DNA of 64,000 nucleotides from an uncultured delta proteobacterium. GTDB taxonomy: Bacteria > Desulfobacterota > Binatia > Binatales > Binataceae. Each line of letters opens with the position of its first letter. The first letter of the stretch is position 1. The stretch is taken from positions 1,984,001-2,048,000 of the forward strand of contig CAWJET010000001.1 of the NCBI GenBank assembly GCA_963842085.1, written 5' to 3'. Positions 46,930 through 56,912 of the stretch are shown here, piece after piece. A program made the position numbers and the translations under genes. The notes below the pieces were generated by a model, which saw only the letters and a list, made by a program, of their open reading frames with translations, searched no databases and was not told the DNA's origin.

Positions 46930-47355
46930 ATGGACGCGGCGCTCGAACAAGCACTCAACCTTCTGCTCGAATCCGAGCGCGCTGGAGTGATTGCGCTCGA
47001 CAAGCTCATCGCGGACGTCAAGCAGGACGAGCTGAAGAAGTTCCTGTCCGGCTCGCGCGCCATGGAACAGCGCAACGCCGAGGAACTCGAGTCTCTGATT
47101 CGCGACAACGGCGGCAAACCGTCGAGTGGGGTCGGGCCGTTCGCCCGCAAGGTCGCCGCGCTCGATTCGATTCGCGACCGCCTGAACCTGATGTCGCGCG
47201 GGCAGGAATGGGCCGCGCGCAAAACCGAAGTCGCGCTCGCGCTCGCCCCCGAAAGCGGTCCCATTCACGACTACCTGAGGGCGATGGCCAACCGGCATCG
47301 CGCCGAAGTGGAATGGGGCCGTGCCGAAGCGATCCGCCTTATGTCAGCGAACTAG
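46930..47355 (+). CDS. Ferritin-like hypothetical protein (DUF6306-like)
   Basis: LNLLLESERAG...RGQEW...M..RH. Confidence 0.65.
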   Translation: MDAALEQALNLLLESERAGVIALDKLIADVKQDELKKFLSGSRAMEQRNAEELESLIRDNGGKPSSGVGPFARKVAALDSIRDRLNLMSRGQEWAARKTEVALALAPESGPIHDYLRAMANRHRAEVEWGRAEAIRLMSAN

Positions 47356-48064
47356 GACGCTTCGCAAGGAAGATTTCGCGCTTCCAGTCGTCGATCAACG
47401 TGCGCGGTTCGAAGCCCGCTTCGCGCAGCATGCGCATCCATTGGGCGCGCGGAAAAAGTCCTTCGACGTGGGAGTCGTGCACGACGCGCGTGTCGTCGCG
47501 ACGGTCGCGCAGCATGATCGCGAAGTCGGTTCGGTACGTCGTGTCGGTCGGATCGGGATCGACGGTCCACATCAGGTAGCGAAGGCTGCGCCCGTCGTCG
47601 CCGTCGTGTCCGCCATGCCTGGTTTCCGCAACGAAGGTTTCCCGCACGCAGTCCGGAACGAACAGCGCGACGCCGCCCGCGCGGCAGTGCCGGTACGCGG
47701 CGCGGATCGCGGCGTGCAGGTCATCCTCGCTCGTCATGTATGCAATCGCGTCATGGATAAAAACCGCATCGAGCGTGCGCCCGAGGTTCACCGTGCGCAT
47801 GTCGCCCTCGCGATGCTGGCACTCGGGATTGAGCGCGCGGCTGACGGCGAGCATCTGCGGCGACAGATCGACGAGTGTCATTTCGAATTTCGATTTGAGG
47901 TGAAACGCGTTGTTGCCGCCGCCCGATCCGAGCTCGAGCACCGTGCGCGGCGCGGGCTGGCACGCCTCGGTCAGCACGCGTGCGAAGAACGCCGCCTCCT
48001 CCGCATAGTCGGCGGGCGCGGAGAAGAGCGGCCACCACTCCGCCAGCTCGTCGTACAGCTTCAT
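47339..48064 (-). CDS. Class I SAM-dependent methyltransferase
   Basis: VLELGSGGG, VDLSPQML, GDMR. Confidence 0.92.
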   Translation of the reverse strand: MKLYDELAEWWPLFSAPADYAEEAAFFARVLTEACQPAPRTVLELGSGGGNNAFHLKSKFEMTLVDLSPQMLAVSRALNPECQHREGDMRTVNLGRTLDAVFIHDAIAYMTSEDDLHAAIRAAYRHCRAGGVALFVPDCVRETFVAETRHGGHDGDDGRSLRYLMWTVDPDPTDTTYRTDFAIMLRDRRDDTRVVHDSHVEGLFPRAQWMRMLREAGFEPRTLIDDWKREIFLAKRPSSLT

Positions 48065-48074
48065 CGCGCGCTGC

Positions 48075-48680
48075 TCACTTCCTGGGCGGCGGCGCAGGCA
48101 CTTCCGTCATGCGCGTGGTAGTATCCGCGTCATACTCGAGATGCAGCGCGCGGACGATCATGCCGTGCATCCGCCACAGCCCGATCACGTAAAACATCTC
48201 CATGATCTGCTCGTCGGTCAGATGACTTTTCAGCGCGGCGAAGGTTTCGTCTTCGACCAGGTTGCGCCCGACCAGCTCGTCAGTCGCCTGCATCACGGCG
48301 CGCTCGACGTCGGAGAACTTGCCGCTGGTCGCCCAGCCCTTGATCGCCGCCAGCTTGTCTTCGGCAACGCCCACCATTCGCGCGACCTTCAGATGCTGCG
48401 AGTACTCGAACCGCGACTCACCGACGATTCCGGTGCGGAGAATCGCGAGTTCGCGCAATTTCGCCGGCAGCTTCCGTCCTGGCTGCATCAACGCCATCAG
48501 CGAGTTGCGCGCCTGGAAGAGCAGGTCGGGAACCAGCGCGAACGTCGTCCAATAGTCACCGAGAGTACCGGTGGCGGTGCCTGGCTCGGCGACAGGATCG
48601 CGGTCGCCGAAGAATTGCTGGTAGAGTTCCCGAATTTCCGGCGTGGCTTCGGCCTTACTCACCTGGCGTAGTCGTCCCAT
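48075..48680 (-). CDS. Carboxymuconolactone decarboxylase / AhpD-like protein
   Basis: LRELAILR...FEYSQH pattern. Confidence 0.8.
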   Translation of the reverse strand: MGRLRQVSKAEATPEIRELYQQFFGDRDPVAEPGTATGTLGDYWTTFALVPDLLFQARNSLMALMQPGRKLPAKLRELAILRTGIVGESRFEYSQHLKVARMVGVAEDKLAAIKGWATSGKFSDVERAVMQATDELVGRNLVEDETFAALKSHLTDEQIMEMFYVIGLWRMHGMIVRALHLEYDADTTTRMTEVPAPPPRK

Positions 48681-48785
48681 GATGTGCTCCTGGCGCTCGC
48701 GCGCGCGTTTCGACGACACCACTATCGCCGATGTGGCGTACTCTTGCGAGGTTGCGTGCGCGGCGCGATAATCCTCTGCTCCGGT

Positions 48786-48863
48786 GGACGCATAGCTCAG
48801 CCCGGTTAGAGCGCTTGCCTCACATGCAAGAGGTCCCTGGTTCGAGTCCAGGTGCGTCCACCA
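48786..48863 (+). tRNA. tRNA-Val(CAC)
   Basis: Acceptor GGACGCA/TGCGTCC, anticodon arm CTTGC-CTCACAT-GCAAG, T-loop GGTTCGAGTCC, encoded CCA. Confidence 0.96.
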
Positions 48864-48873
48864 ATTAATTCAA

Positions 48874-50049
48874 CTAGTTAGGAAGATCTCGTTTTCCGAC
48901 CGCTGCAGATTGTGCCCAATTTTGTGCCCTGCTCGTTTGGTGGTCTTCCGCTCCAACGGCGGAAACCGCCTGATCGAGGGTCGCGATCGCGGCCTGTTTG
49001 GCGGAAATCCGAATGTGACTGTAACGTTCGAGCATCTTCCGGGAGACGTGCCCGGCTAGGGATCGAATCGTTTCTTCGCTGACGTTGGGGTTCTCAGCCA
49101 GGCGGGTGATGAACGTATGTCGGCAATCATGCCAGCGATATTGAACCTTGGCCCCCTTGCACGCGACCTTCCAAGCCTTTTTCCATTCACCGATTGGATG
49201 TGCGAGGTCGGCCCCATAGAACTTGGGGCGACGAGCGTTACCCTCTAAGCCGACCGAAAAGCGCGGAAATACATAACTGTCGGCTTCGGTTTCGAGAAAA
49301 CGCGACAACCACAGCGTCAGGACCGCACAGACTCTGGACGTGAGCGGTACGCTGCGTCCAGTGCCGGCTTCCGTCTTTGACTTGGGAACCGTGAGTGCGC
49401 CCTTCTCGATTACGCCGCTGCGCCACTCCAACATTAGATCGCGTCGGCGCAACGATCGTATCTCGGAAGCGCGCAGTCCACTGTCTAGGCTGACAATTAA
49501 CAAGGGGAGAAGGGCCGGCGAGCGGCTCTTCGCTGCTGCGTCTATGAGCTTCTTTTCATCTCCGCAACTAATCGCGCGCCCTACGTCGCGCCGCTCTCGA
49601 AGGCTCTTCACCTTGTCCGAAATGGCTCCCCACAGCCCGTGAGCCTTGAGGATTTGGCGCAATATGTTAATTTCGAAATTCACCGTACGCGCCGACTTCT
49701 GTTCCGCCAATCGCTTGCGTTGAAGAGCCGAGATGTCTTGGTCGTCGATGTCGCACACGAGCCGCTTTCCGAATTGTCCGGTGAGCGTCTCGACAAAATG
49801 CTCATATGCTTCGAGTGTATTTGCCGCGAGAGCCACTCGACTGGCCAACCATTCTTTCGCGGCAACCGAAAAGAGCGGCATCCGCTCGCGCTTTGGGATG
49901 CGATTAACCGCGAGCTCGATCTCGCGGCGACGAGCTCGTTCCGCTTCGCGGGCGACCGTCTTTGAGTTGGTCCTGGCCGATTCTCGAATGAGCTGCCCTT
50001 GGAACAGGAACTTGAACCAGTACGTCTCGCCCCGTTTGTAAACACTCAT
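48874..50049 (-). CDS. Tyrosine recombinase / integrase
   Basis: GLRASE, KSKT, HDCRH, GH, RYSH catalytic set; N-terminal arm-binding region. Confidence 0.95.
   Translation of the reverse strand: MSVYKRGETYWFKFLFQGQLIRESARTNSKTVAREAERARRREIELAVNRIPKRERMPLFSVAAKEWLASRVALAANTLEAYEHFVETLTGQFGKRLVCDIDDQDISALQRKRLAEQKSARTVNFEINILRQILKAHGLWGAISDKVKSLRERRDVGRAISCGDEKKLIDAAAKSRSPALLPLLIVSLDSGLRASEIRSLRRRDLMLEWRSGVIEKGALTVPKSKTEAGTGRSVPLTSRVCAVLTLWLSRFLETEADSYVFPRFSVGLEGNARRPKFYGADLAHPIGEWKKAWKVACKGAKVQYRWHDCRHTFITRLAENPNVSEETIRSLAGHVSRKMLERYSHIRISAKQAAIATLDQAVSAVGAEDHQTSRAQNWAQSAAVGKRDLPN
48910..48929. repeat. Putative integrase arm-type sites
   Basis: TTGTGCCC direct repeat at 48910-48917 and 48922-48929, near the att end. 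Confidence 0.5.
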
Positions 50050-50072
50050 CGCGTTAGCTCCCTGCGCAATCT

Positions 50073-50309
50073 TCAGGCCGCGCGATCGCTCGCCTCGGCC
50101 AGGTAGCGACGAACTTCGGTATCCAGCACGACTACGCGCCGTCCGAGATGTGCCGCTTTGAGCCGTCCGCGCTTGACCTCCAGTCGGATGAACGGCACCG
50201 AGACGCTGAGGCTGCGGGCTAGCTCGTCCAGGGTCCAGCCGAGTTTGGGGGTACTCAGCCTCTCAGAATCTGCGCCTTGAGCTTGGGAACTGACTTGAAC
50301 TACTGACAT
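50073..50309 (-). CDS. Excisionase-like HTH protein
   Basis: WTLDELARSLSVS...GRLKAAHLGRRVVV...YL; upstream of int. Confidence 0.8.
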   Translation of the reverse strand: MSVVQVSSQAQGADSERLSTPKLGWTLDELARSLSVSVPFIRLEVKRGRLKAAHLGRRVVVLDTEVRRYLAEASDRAA

Positions 50310-50366
50310 GATAACAAACACCTCGATCCATTGAGTGCGACGGTCATTTACCCATCGTCAAGCTGG

Positions 50367-50403
50367 ATCATAGACCAATTCTGATGGAATTGTCAAATTC
50401 CAT
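50367..50403 (-). promoter_or_regulatory. xis-int promoter with palindromic operator over the -35
   Basis: Minus strand TTGACA(50396-50391)-N18-TATGAT(50372-50367); ATGGAATT-N4-AATTCCAT at 50384-50403. Confidence 0.7.
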
Positions 50404-50427
50404 AATTCCGTTACGCATGGCCGGATT

Positions 50428-51099
50428 TCACGATTCGGTCAGCAGACCCAAACGCAGGAGCCGGACCCGTGCGGCCTGTTCGGAGACCTGGCAACCCCTC
50501 ATGATCCGTGTGATCACGGCACGGCCGGGCTTCGAATCGATGAACAGGGGGGACTTGCTCCCATCCCGCATCGCGATCTCACCGGCCATCGTGAGCACGT
50601 ACGACCGTGGCATCAGCAGCGCCCCGCTGATGTAAGCTGCCTGCCATTCCATCCAGTCGTTCTCGGGAGCGGTCACGATGGTGTCGCGTTCGCAGCGCCA
50701 TGAGCGCGCGGCGGGACGACGGTCAGAATCCCGCCCGGATTTTCTCCACAGCGGAGCGTGGAATCGCACGTGGCCATACTCATGGCCCAGAGTCATCCGG
50801 AGCCGGTTCTCATAGCGCGGCGAGGATAGGCGTTCAGAAATTTTCACCTTGGGATTACGGTCAGCAAAGTAGTCTGTGTATCCGTCTACGCTTTCAGGGA
50901 GGTCGGCATACAGGTCGAGGTCGTCGGCTTCGGCCTCGATCATGCGGATTATGTCGTCGGTGGGGATCGGAAGCCTGAAGCCGCCGGAGCGGTGGCCCAT
51001 AAACTCCGCGACGATTCGCTCGCATCGCTCGTCAAGCTCGTCGGCCTTGAAGTAAAGGCGATCGATCGGCCGTCCTAGCGGATCGCGAAGCACTTTCAT
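50428..51099 (-). CDS. ImmA/IrrE-family metallopeptidase
   Basis: R.RMTLGHEYGH, EWQA....GALLMP. Confidence 0.9.
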   Translation of the reverse strand: MKVLRDPLGRPIDRLYFKADELDERCERIVAEFMGHRSGGFRLPIPTDDIIRMIEAEADDLDLYADLPESVDGYTDYFADRNPKVKISERLSSPRYENRLRMTLGHEYGHVRFHAPLWRKSGRDSDRRPAARSWRCERDTIVTAPENDWMEWQAAYISGALLMPRSYVLTMAGEIAMRDGSKSPLFIDSKPGRAVITRIMRGCQVSEQAARVRLLRLGLLTES

Positions 51100-51425
51100 T
51101 TTCGCTTGCCCGGTGGTCTTACCCCCAGTGCCTTTCGGAACGCGCGGTAGGCGGCTTCGAGCCGTTCCTGGTCCGCCTCGGTCTTTACGTCAGGCGGCTG
51201 GCGGTTTGCGTGAAAGTACAGCACATCAGGCGAGACGCCGACAATCTTTGCCATCTGCTCGATCAGGTAGTCCTCTGGCGGATAGCGGTGATCATGCTCG
51301 ACCGCATTAAGATACGGAGGGTCCACTGGACGCCCGTCCTCGCGCTTCAAGCGCGCGGCAAGCTCTCTCTGCGTAAGCCCGGCCTTTTTCCGAGCGTCCC
51401 TAAGCACCTGACCGAAACTCTTCAT
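51096..51425 (-). CDS. XRE-family (ImmR-like) repressor
   Basis: FGQVLRDARKKAGLTQRELA...YLNAVE; ATGA-coupled to immA. Confidence 0.9.
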   Translation of the reverse strand: MKSFGQVLRDARKKAGLTQRELAARLKREDGRPVDPPYLNAVEHDHRYPPEDYLIEQMAKIVGVSPDVLYFHANRQPPDVKTEADQERLEAAYRAFRKALGVRPPGKRK

Positions 51426-51782
51426 TCAAGTTTATCAGCGCCAGCAACCGCCGCTCGCCGCCTCCTGCCGCTAAAGATTATCGGAATCTGCAAGAAAAGT
51501 CATCGAAAGCTACAATCTCAGAATTACAGAAATCCACAATGACAGACCAATCACGCCGGTATGATTACGTCCGCTTCCCCGCAGGGGCAGGACGCGCTTC
51601 TGTTCTTCGGGTAGCGCACCATTTTGAGGGCGCGCGCCCTTCACTCGAACCTGAGGGCGCGCGCTGGATTCCGAGTCGCGCGGAGCGAAACGCTGCATGG
51701 CGTGCCAAGCGAAGCGCCCGGCGTGAGCCGGTGGAACGCCGTGCCAGTGTAGCGAGCGTCACCGCTTTTGATTGCGAAGAGT

Positions 51783-54506
51783 CTACCTGCGAATGCCGTG
51801 CCCTCGACTGATACTCCGATGCTGTTCCGGCAAGATGGCAAAGCCGCGATTGGCAATAGAGGGACTCTCCAAAGCCATTGATTTCTCACGGCTTCGAGCT
51901 GCTGCCGGCGCAAGTCTGCTGCGGTCGTCCGTGAAGATCGCGACTGCGTGGCGGGCTCGGCTGATCGAGACATAGAACTGCTTGCGGTTGACCAGCTCGG
52001 GGGAGAGCCGGGTATCGATATCGACGATAACTCGATCGACCGTTGCGCCCTGCGCCGAGTGCGAAGTGGAGGCGTAGCCGTGGTCAATGTGGCGAAGACG
52101 ATCGAGCGCGGCGGTTATCTCCTTGCCGTTATCGAGCTGGATCACCGCACGCTGGGCATCGATGGATTTAATTGTGGCGAGTTCACCGTTCGCAACGCCG
52201 AGCGCCCGGTCGGGTGCCCGGAACTGTATGCGGTCGCCTCGTGCGATCGTGCGCTGCTCCTCGCGGAAGACTTCGACGCCGAAGAGTCTGGTGGGACTGT
52301 ACTCGATGCGATGGCCATCGGACCTCGTGACCGCGAGCATATTGGCATCGCGATCGACTGCTTCAACTCGCCCGTAGCTGCCCTTGGGAACCGCGAATTG
52401 TTTGCTTCCGCGCGTGAAGCGGATCACATCGCCTTCTTCGTAGTTGTAGGCCATCGCTCGTTGGGCGCCGGATAGCCCGCGATTTACGAGGATCGCATGC
52501 TCCTTCCCGACGAACGGTATATGGCCACGGACGATCAGCTCAGACCGAATCGCTTTGTTGAGTTCGCGACGCTCCTGGTTCGCCGGGCTGACGACCAGAA
52601 CGCGCTGTCCTGATTCATATGCGGCGGCGTATTCTCTGGCGATCTGCTTGCGTCTCTGTTCGACGTTCGCGACTTCGCGGATATCACCACGGCGGTCGAG
52701 GATCGCAAGGGACTCGGGGATCTCGCCTTTAGACGCTAGCGTAACGGCTATGCGGAGCTCGGGATCGCGCTGGCGGCGGATGGTATCGAGGCGGGTGACC
52801 AGCATGCCAGCCTCTTGCATTTGATAGATCGGTCGTCCGGCTTCGATCGCGTGATGCTGGCGCTGGTCGCCGACGAAGATGATCCGCTCGATGCCTTCGT
52901 CGCGTGCCTTGTGGAGGAGCCGGTTGACCTGCCGGGTCGGGAGTAGGCTCGACTCGTCAACAATCCATATCTTTTTCGTTTGCGCATCCGGTGATTGGCC
53001 TTCGAGGAGGCTGGCGACAGTTCTTGCGGAGACGCCTGCCTCGGAAAGCGACTTGACCGCACGCGTCGTTGGCGCGAACCCGTAGACCGCGTAGCCCTGC
53101 TCTTCCGCGAACTCGCGAATCGCTCCGACAGTGGTCGTTTTCGCAGCGCCCGCGCGGCCTTCGATTGAGGTGATCCAGTCGGTGGACTCAAGCGTGAGTC
53201 CGGCGGCGACAGTCTGATCAGGAAGCAAGTTGCGCTGGCTCGCCCATCGGCGGATCTCGGTTGAACTGCCGATAGTGGCGGCCCTGCCTTGGCCCGCACG
53301 CATCAGGTCGATGTTCCCGCGCTCAAGGGCGATCATCTCCGGCGTCGTGTAGGCGCCTCGCGGTGAGTTCACGGAGTCGCCGGCGACGATCAGCCGGCCG
53401 TTTCGCTGGAACCGCTCGCGCTCAGCGCGTATCGAATGAAGGTCCGCCTGCCCCATCGCATGCTGCAGTGCCTTCGCTTCAAGTGCGCGGCGATCAATGA
53501 CTGCCTCGCGCTCGCTGTTTTCGTCGATACTCTGGCGAATGGCTTCTTCCGCCGTCTCCGGATGTCGAAACTGGATGGGACCGCGTTCGCGCGATTGCGA
53601 CAACAGACGCTCGACTTCGATTCCATACTGCAGCGCGCGTGAGCGCCATTCCGCCTTGAGGCTTTCTTCATCGCGATGATCTTTCGACAGTCTGGTCCGA
53701 TGCGCGATGATCTGCGCCGCCTCGGCACCCGCCAGCCCCTCACGCGCAAGCGTCCGTTCGATGTCCTGGCGACGACGGGAGAAGGCCATCACCTGCTCGC
53801 GTGTGTAGCCGTCAACCTCCCATCGCCCGTCATGGCCCGCGACCCGGATTTCGTATCCGAGTTGTTGAACCTGTCGGGCTAGTTCAGAGCGGTAAACTGC
53901 CGTGGCAAAAGCTTGCGCGCGATAGATTTCAATGGGATCGAGGCCGCGCCACCGTCCGTCCGGGCGGCGGGTCATGTTGGCGATGACGACGTGCGTGTGA
54001 AGGTGAGGGTCGGGACCGTAGCCGTCTTTAACTCCGCTGGCGGGCCGAGCGGCAATGTGATCGAAGCGCGCGGCGACTATATTGCTGGCCGCGACCCATT
54101 CGCTGCCGCCTCGGCGTCGCGAGAGCGCGTATTGTTCGAGCTCCTCCAGTGCGCGACTGACTGCCTGACGGTGCGCCTCGATAAGGCGGTGATCGTCTCC
54201 GACCAGCCCCTGGATGCTGACCGACTTCGGCGCGTTGAAGGTCGCGTCCCAGCCAGCGCGCCGGTCGTCGTAGCCGTTGGCCTTATGAACGAGCACCTCG
54301 CCGGACGCGGGACGAAGCCCACGCAGTACGGCGTGGAAGTCCTCGGTCGCGACGTCGCCGGAGAGTCCCAGCTCCTCAGCGCCGCGGCCGAACCATTGCC
54401 CGACTACGCTCTGCTTCTCCGAGTAATAGTCGTCGTGCGAGTACTTCTCCTCGTAATAGGTCTCGGCCTGAGCGGCGGTGAGCGCGCCTTTGGACATTAC
54501 CAGCAT
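51783..54506 (-). CDS. MOBF (TrwC-like) relaxase-helicase
   Basis: YY...DDYY, DATFNAPKSVS, PHLHTH, GRAGAAKTT, VDES, GD..QH, TSHSAQGAT, YVSISR. Confidence 0.95.
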   Translation of the reverse strand: MLVMSKGALTAAQAETYYEEKYSHDDYYSEKQSVVGQWFGRGAEELGLSGDVATEDFHAVLRGLRPASGEVLVHKANGYDDRRAGWDATFNAPKSVSIQGLVGDDHRLIEAHRQAVSRALEELEQYALSRRRGGSEWVAASNIVAARFDHIAARPASGVKDGYGPDPHLHTHVVIANMTRRPDGRWRGLDPIEIYRAQAFATAVYRSELARQVQQLGYEIRVAGHDGRWEVDGYTREQVMAFSRRRQDIERTLAREGLAGAEAAQIIAHRTRLSKDHRDEESLKAEWRSRALQYGIEVERLLSQSRERGPIQFRHPETAEEAIRQSIDENSEREAVIDRRALEAKALQHAMGQADLHSIRAERERFQRNGRLIVAGDSVNSPRGAYTTPEMIALERGNIDLMRAGQGRAATIGSSTEIRRWASQRNLLPDQTVAAGLTLESTDWITSIEGRAGAAKTTTVGAIREFAEEQGYAVYGFAPTTRAVKSLSEAGVSARTVASLLEGQSPDAQTKKIWIVDESSLLPTRQVNRLLHKARDEGIERIIFVGDQRQHHAIEAGRPIYQMQEAGMLVTRLDTIRRQRDPELRIAVTLASKGEIPESLAILDRRGDIREVANVEQRRKQIAREYAAAYESGQRVLVVSPANQERRELNKAIRSELIVRGHIPFVGKEHAILVNRGLSGAQRAMAYNYEEGDVIRFTRGSKQFAVPKGSYGRVEAVDRDANMLAVTRSDGHRIEYSPTRLFGVEVFREEQRTIARGDRIQFRAPDRALGVANGELATIKSIDAQRAVIQLDNGKEITAALDRLRHIDHGYASTSHSAQGATVDRVIVDIDTRLSPELVNRKQFYVSISRARHAVAIFTDDRSRLAPAAARSREKSMALESPSIANRGFAILPEQHRSISRGHGIRR

Positions 54507-56329
54507 CAGTCCTGAATCCTCACCGGGACGCCCGCGGTCCCGTTGGGAGGCGTCGGGCCGCGACTGATCGTCAGCGCCGCCAAATCGGCGCTGGGCTCAT
54601 CGCTGACCGGCCTCGGAAGAGCGCGCGGAATGAACTCGACCTGCCGCCGGCGCGGAAGGCACGGCTTCACTTTGACGCGGGCGCGATCGAGTCCGGCGAT
54701 GCAGAGATAGCCTTCCAGCTTCGGCAGCCGCTGGATCTCGGAGGCCATGACGACCGGCTCGGTCCGGCGCGTCGGATGGACGTTGAACCGATTGCCGTGC
54801 TCGGCGGTGCTCATTCCGATCTCCTCGCGCAGTGCCTCACGGTCGCCGATCTGCCGCGCGATGAAGGCGGCCGTCTCGGGCTCATCAACGCGCAACAGGA
54901 GCTTGGTCGAGGGCATCGAGGCGAGCACCGCTGCCTGCTCGTGGCCATAGATCCGGCGCAACTGAGCGATACTTTGGAAGCCGAGAACGGCGGCGAGTCC
55001 GCGCTTTCGGCCACGCGTGACCAGCGTCTCGAGCTTCGCCTGACGGCCAAGCACCGGCAGCTCGTCCACCATGATCCAGACCCTTCGGCGATCGCTGGCG
55101 GAGTTGAGCATGCGGCCTACAACGAGGTCGAGCCAGAGGTTCGCGAGCGGCAGCGCCGCCGAGCTGGACTCGTCGCGCATCGTCACGAACAGCCATCCTT
55201 CCGAATGCTCGGTCCATTCAAGCGCGCTCCACAGCGGTCGCCCGTCGGCGGGCGGCAGATAGAGGAATGGTCTGGTCGCGTTCGCAACGGTCGCAATGAT
55301 CCCTGCTCCCTGCTCGTGTGCTCCGGGGTCGATCAGACTGTATGCCGGCGTGCCGGAGAGCGCCTGCTTCAACTGATCGCGAGTGAGTTCGAGCAGCTTC
55401 GGGATGCTCTGCGGCTCTCGGGAGGCCGCGACCTGAAGCAGGCTTTCGAGCAGCGTCCGGCTGGATTGACGGAAGAAGTGATCGGACCCGCTTTCGTAGC
55501 CGCGCGGGGCTTCGGGAATGAGCGAAGCGGCGAGCGTCGCCGCGTCAGCCTGGTAGTATCGTTCGCTCAATTCCAGCCACGGTGACCAGTACGGACAGCG
55601 TTCATCGACCGGGTTCAGGATAAGGTCTCCGCGCACGGGTCGATAGAATTCCGAGACGTATTCGCACTCAGGATCGACCACGATCGCAAGCTCTCCGCGC
55701 ACCTGGATCTGGCGAAGGAGCGAGCGGATCGCCATCGACTTCCCGGCTCCCGTCGCGCCGGTGATGAGGAAGTGTTCGCACTCGGTCGAGCGCGGAATGC
55801 GAACCTGGGCGAGCTCGACTCCCGCCCGTTCGCTCCGCAATTCGGTGCGGCGAAGTTCTCGGGCGAGCCGGCGCGGCGGGATCAACGTGAGGCCTCGCAG
55901 ATGCTTCCCCTCTGAACGGTCCTCGGGATCACGGAAGAGGAGATAGCCGAGAGCGGCGAGAGTTATGGTTGCCGGGACCGCTCCCCATACGCTGTAAGAG
56001 GCGAACCACTGTCCGAATGAGCGCCCCAGATAGAAGCGCCAGTTGAGGTAGAGATACATGCTGCCGATCGTCGCACGTCCGCCTCGGTACGGGAGCGACA
56101 GAAAATAGAGCGGGACTTTCTGAGTGAAGAACCAGGCGAGAATCCAGCGGCCGAAGTATTGATGCGCGCCGGGTCCTGAGACGCGGCCGGTCCAGTACCA
56201 GACGAAGAAAAGGTCGGAAGCCGCCCAGATCAGAATCCAAAGCAGCAGGATTCGAAGATAGAGGCGCAGCAGCGTCGCGGCTGAACCGCAACTCAATTCG
56301 TATCTGATGGCGGTTCGTGACAAATTCAT
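54506..56329 (-). CDS. Type IV coupling protein (TrwB/TraD-like)
   Basis: N-terminal TMs, GATGAGKS, VDP, VDELP, GRKRG...LGFQ. Confidence 0.93.
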   Translation of the reverse strand: MNLSRTAIRYELSCGSAATLLRLYLRILLLWILIWAASDLFFVWYWTGRVSGPGAHQYFGRWILAWFFTQKVPLYFLSLPYRGGRATIGSMYLYLNWRFYLGRSFGQWFASYSVWGAVPATITLAALGYLLFRDPEDRSEGKHLRGLTLIPPRRLARELRRTELRSERAGVELAQVRIPRSTECEHFLITGATGAGKSMAIRSLLRQIQVRGELAIVVDPECEYVSEFYRPVRGDLILNPVDERCPYWSPWLELSERYYQADAATLAASLIPEAPRGYESGSDHFFRQSSRTLLESLLQVAASREPQSIPKLLELTRDQLKQALSGTPAYSLIDPGAHEQGAGIIATVANATRPFLYLPPADGRPLWSALEWTEHSEGWLFVTMRDESSSAALPLANLWLDLVVGRMLNSASDRRRVWIMVDELPVLGRQAKLETLVTRGRKRGLAAVLGFQSIAQLRRIYGHEQAAVLASMPSTKLLLRVDEPETAAFIARQIGDREALREEIGMSTAEHGNRFNVHPTRRTEPVVMASEIQRLPKLEGYLCIAGLDRARVKVKPCLPRRRQVEFIPRALPRPVSDEPSADLAALTISRGPTPPNGTAGVPVRIQD

Positions 56330-56664
56330 ATAGCTCTTCTCCTGAGCCTGCGCATGTACTGCTCGGCTTCTTGTTGCGCAGTCTGGCGGATCTGATCGGT
56401 CGCCTCGGAGCCGACCTGGTGGTCAAGCAGATGCTGGAGCGTGAGGCGGGTGCGGGTGAGATCGAACAGAATCTGATCGAGGCTTGGGCGTTGGTTTGAT
56501 TCGTCGATCGGCCCGCCGAGGCGAGGGCGACCATCTCCACCGAAGTGCTCAGCGAGTACTGCGCGGATCAATTTGCGCGGCGCAATTCCTCTGTCCCGCG
56601 CGATTTTCTCAATCCGCTCCAACAGCTCCGGCGCCAGGCGGACGGTATATGGAATCTCCGGCAT
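56326..56664 (-). CDS. Ribbon-helix-helix relaxosome accessory protein (TrwA-like)
   Basis: YTVRLAPELLERIEKIARDRG...LIR; coupled upstream of the T4CP. Confidence 0.7.
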   Translation of the reverse strand: MPEIPYTVRLAPELLERIEKIARDRGIAPRKLIRAVLAEHFGGDGRPRLGGPIDESNQRPSLDQILFDLTRTRLTLQHLLDHQVGSEATDQIRQTAQQEAEQYMRRLRRRAI

Positions 56665-56690
56665 CGGACTACTCTTCTTTTTCCTTCAAA

Positions 56691-56893
56691 GCGTACACGC
56701 CGTACACGTCAATGAATCCGGGGCCTTAGGCTGACGTGCTTCGCACGGGTGGGCGCGCCGTACACGCTCTCGTGTACGAAAAGCGCCCGCGGTCACGCCA
56801 CTTTCCGATGGGCCGTGTACGCTCTGGTACACATCGTTCATCCAAAGGGATGAGTGACGTGTCAGTCGTAAACACGTGCGAAGCACGTCAGCC
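56691..56893. promoter_or_regulatory. Candidate oriT
   Basis: Perfect 19-bp IR (56729-56747 / 56875-56893) and multiple CGTACACG/CGTGTACG iterons upstream of RHH-T4CP-relaxase. Confidence 0.6.
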
Positions 56894-56912
56894 GGTACCT
56901 CGATGATGCAAG

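Noticed and set aside
56691-56893. CRISPR array near the cas operon
   Set aside because: The repeats are 8-bp iterons and one inverted pair, without regular repeat-spacer periodicity
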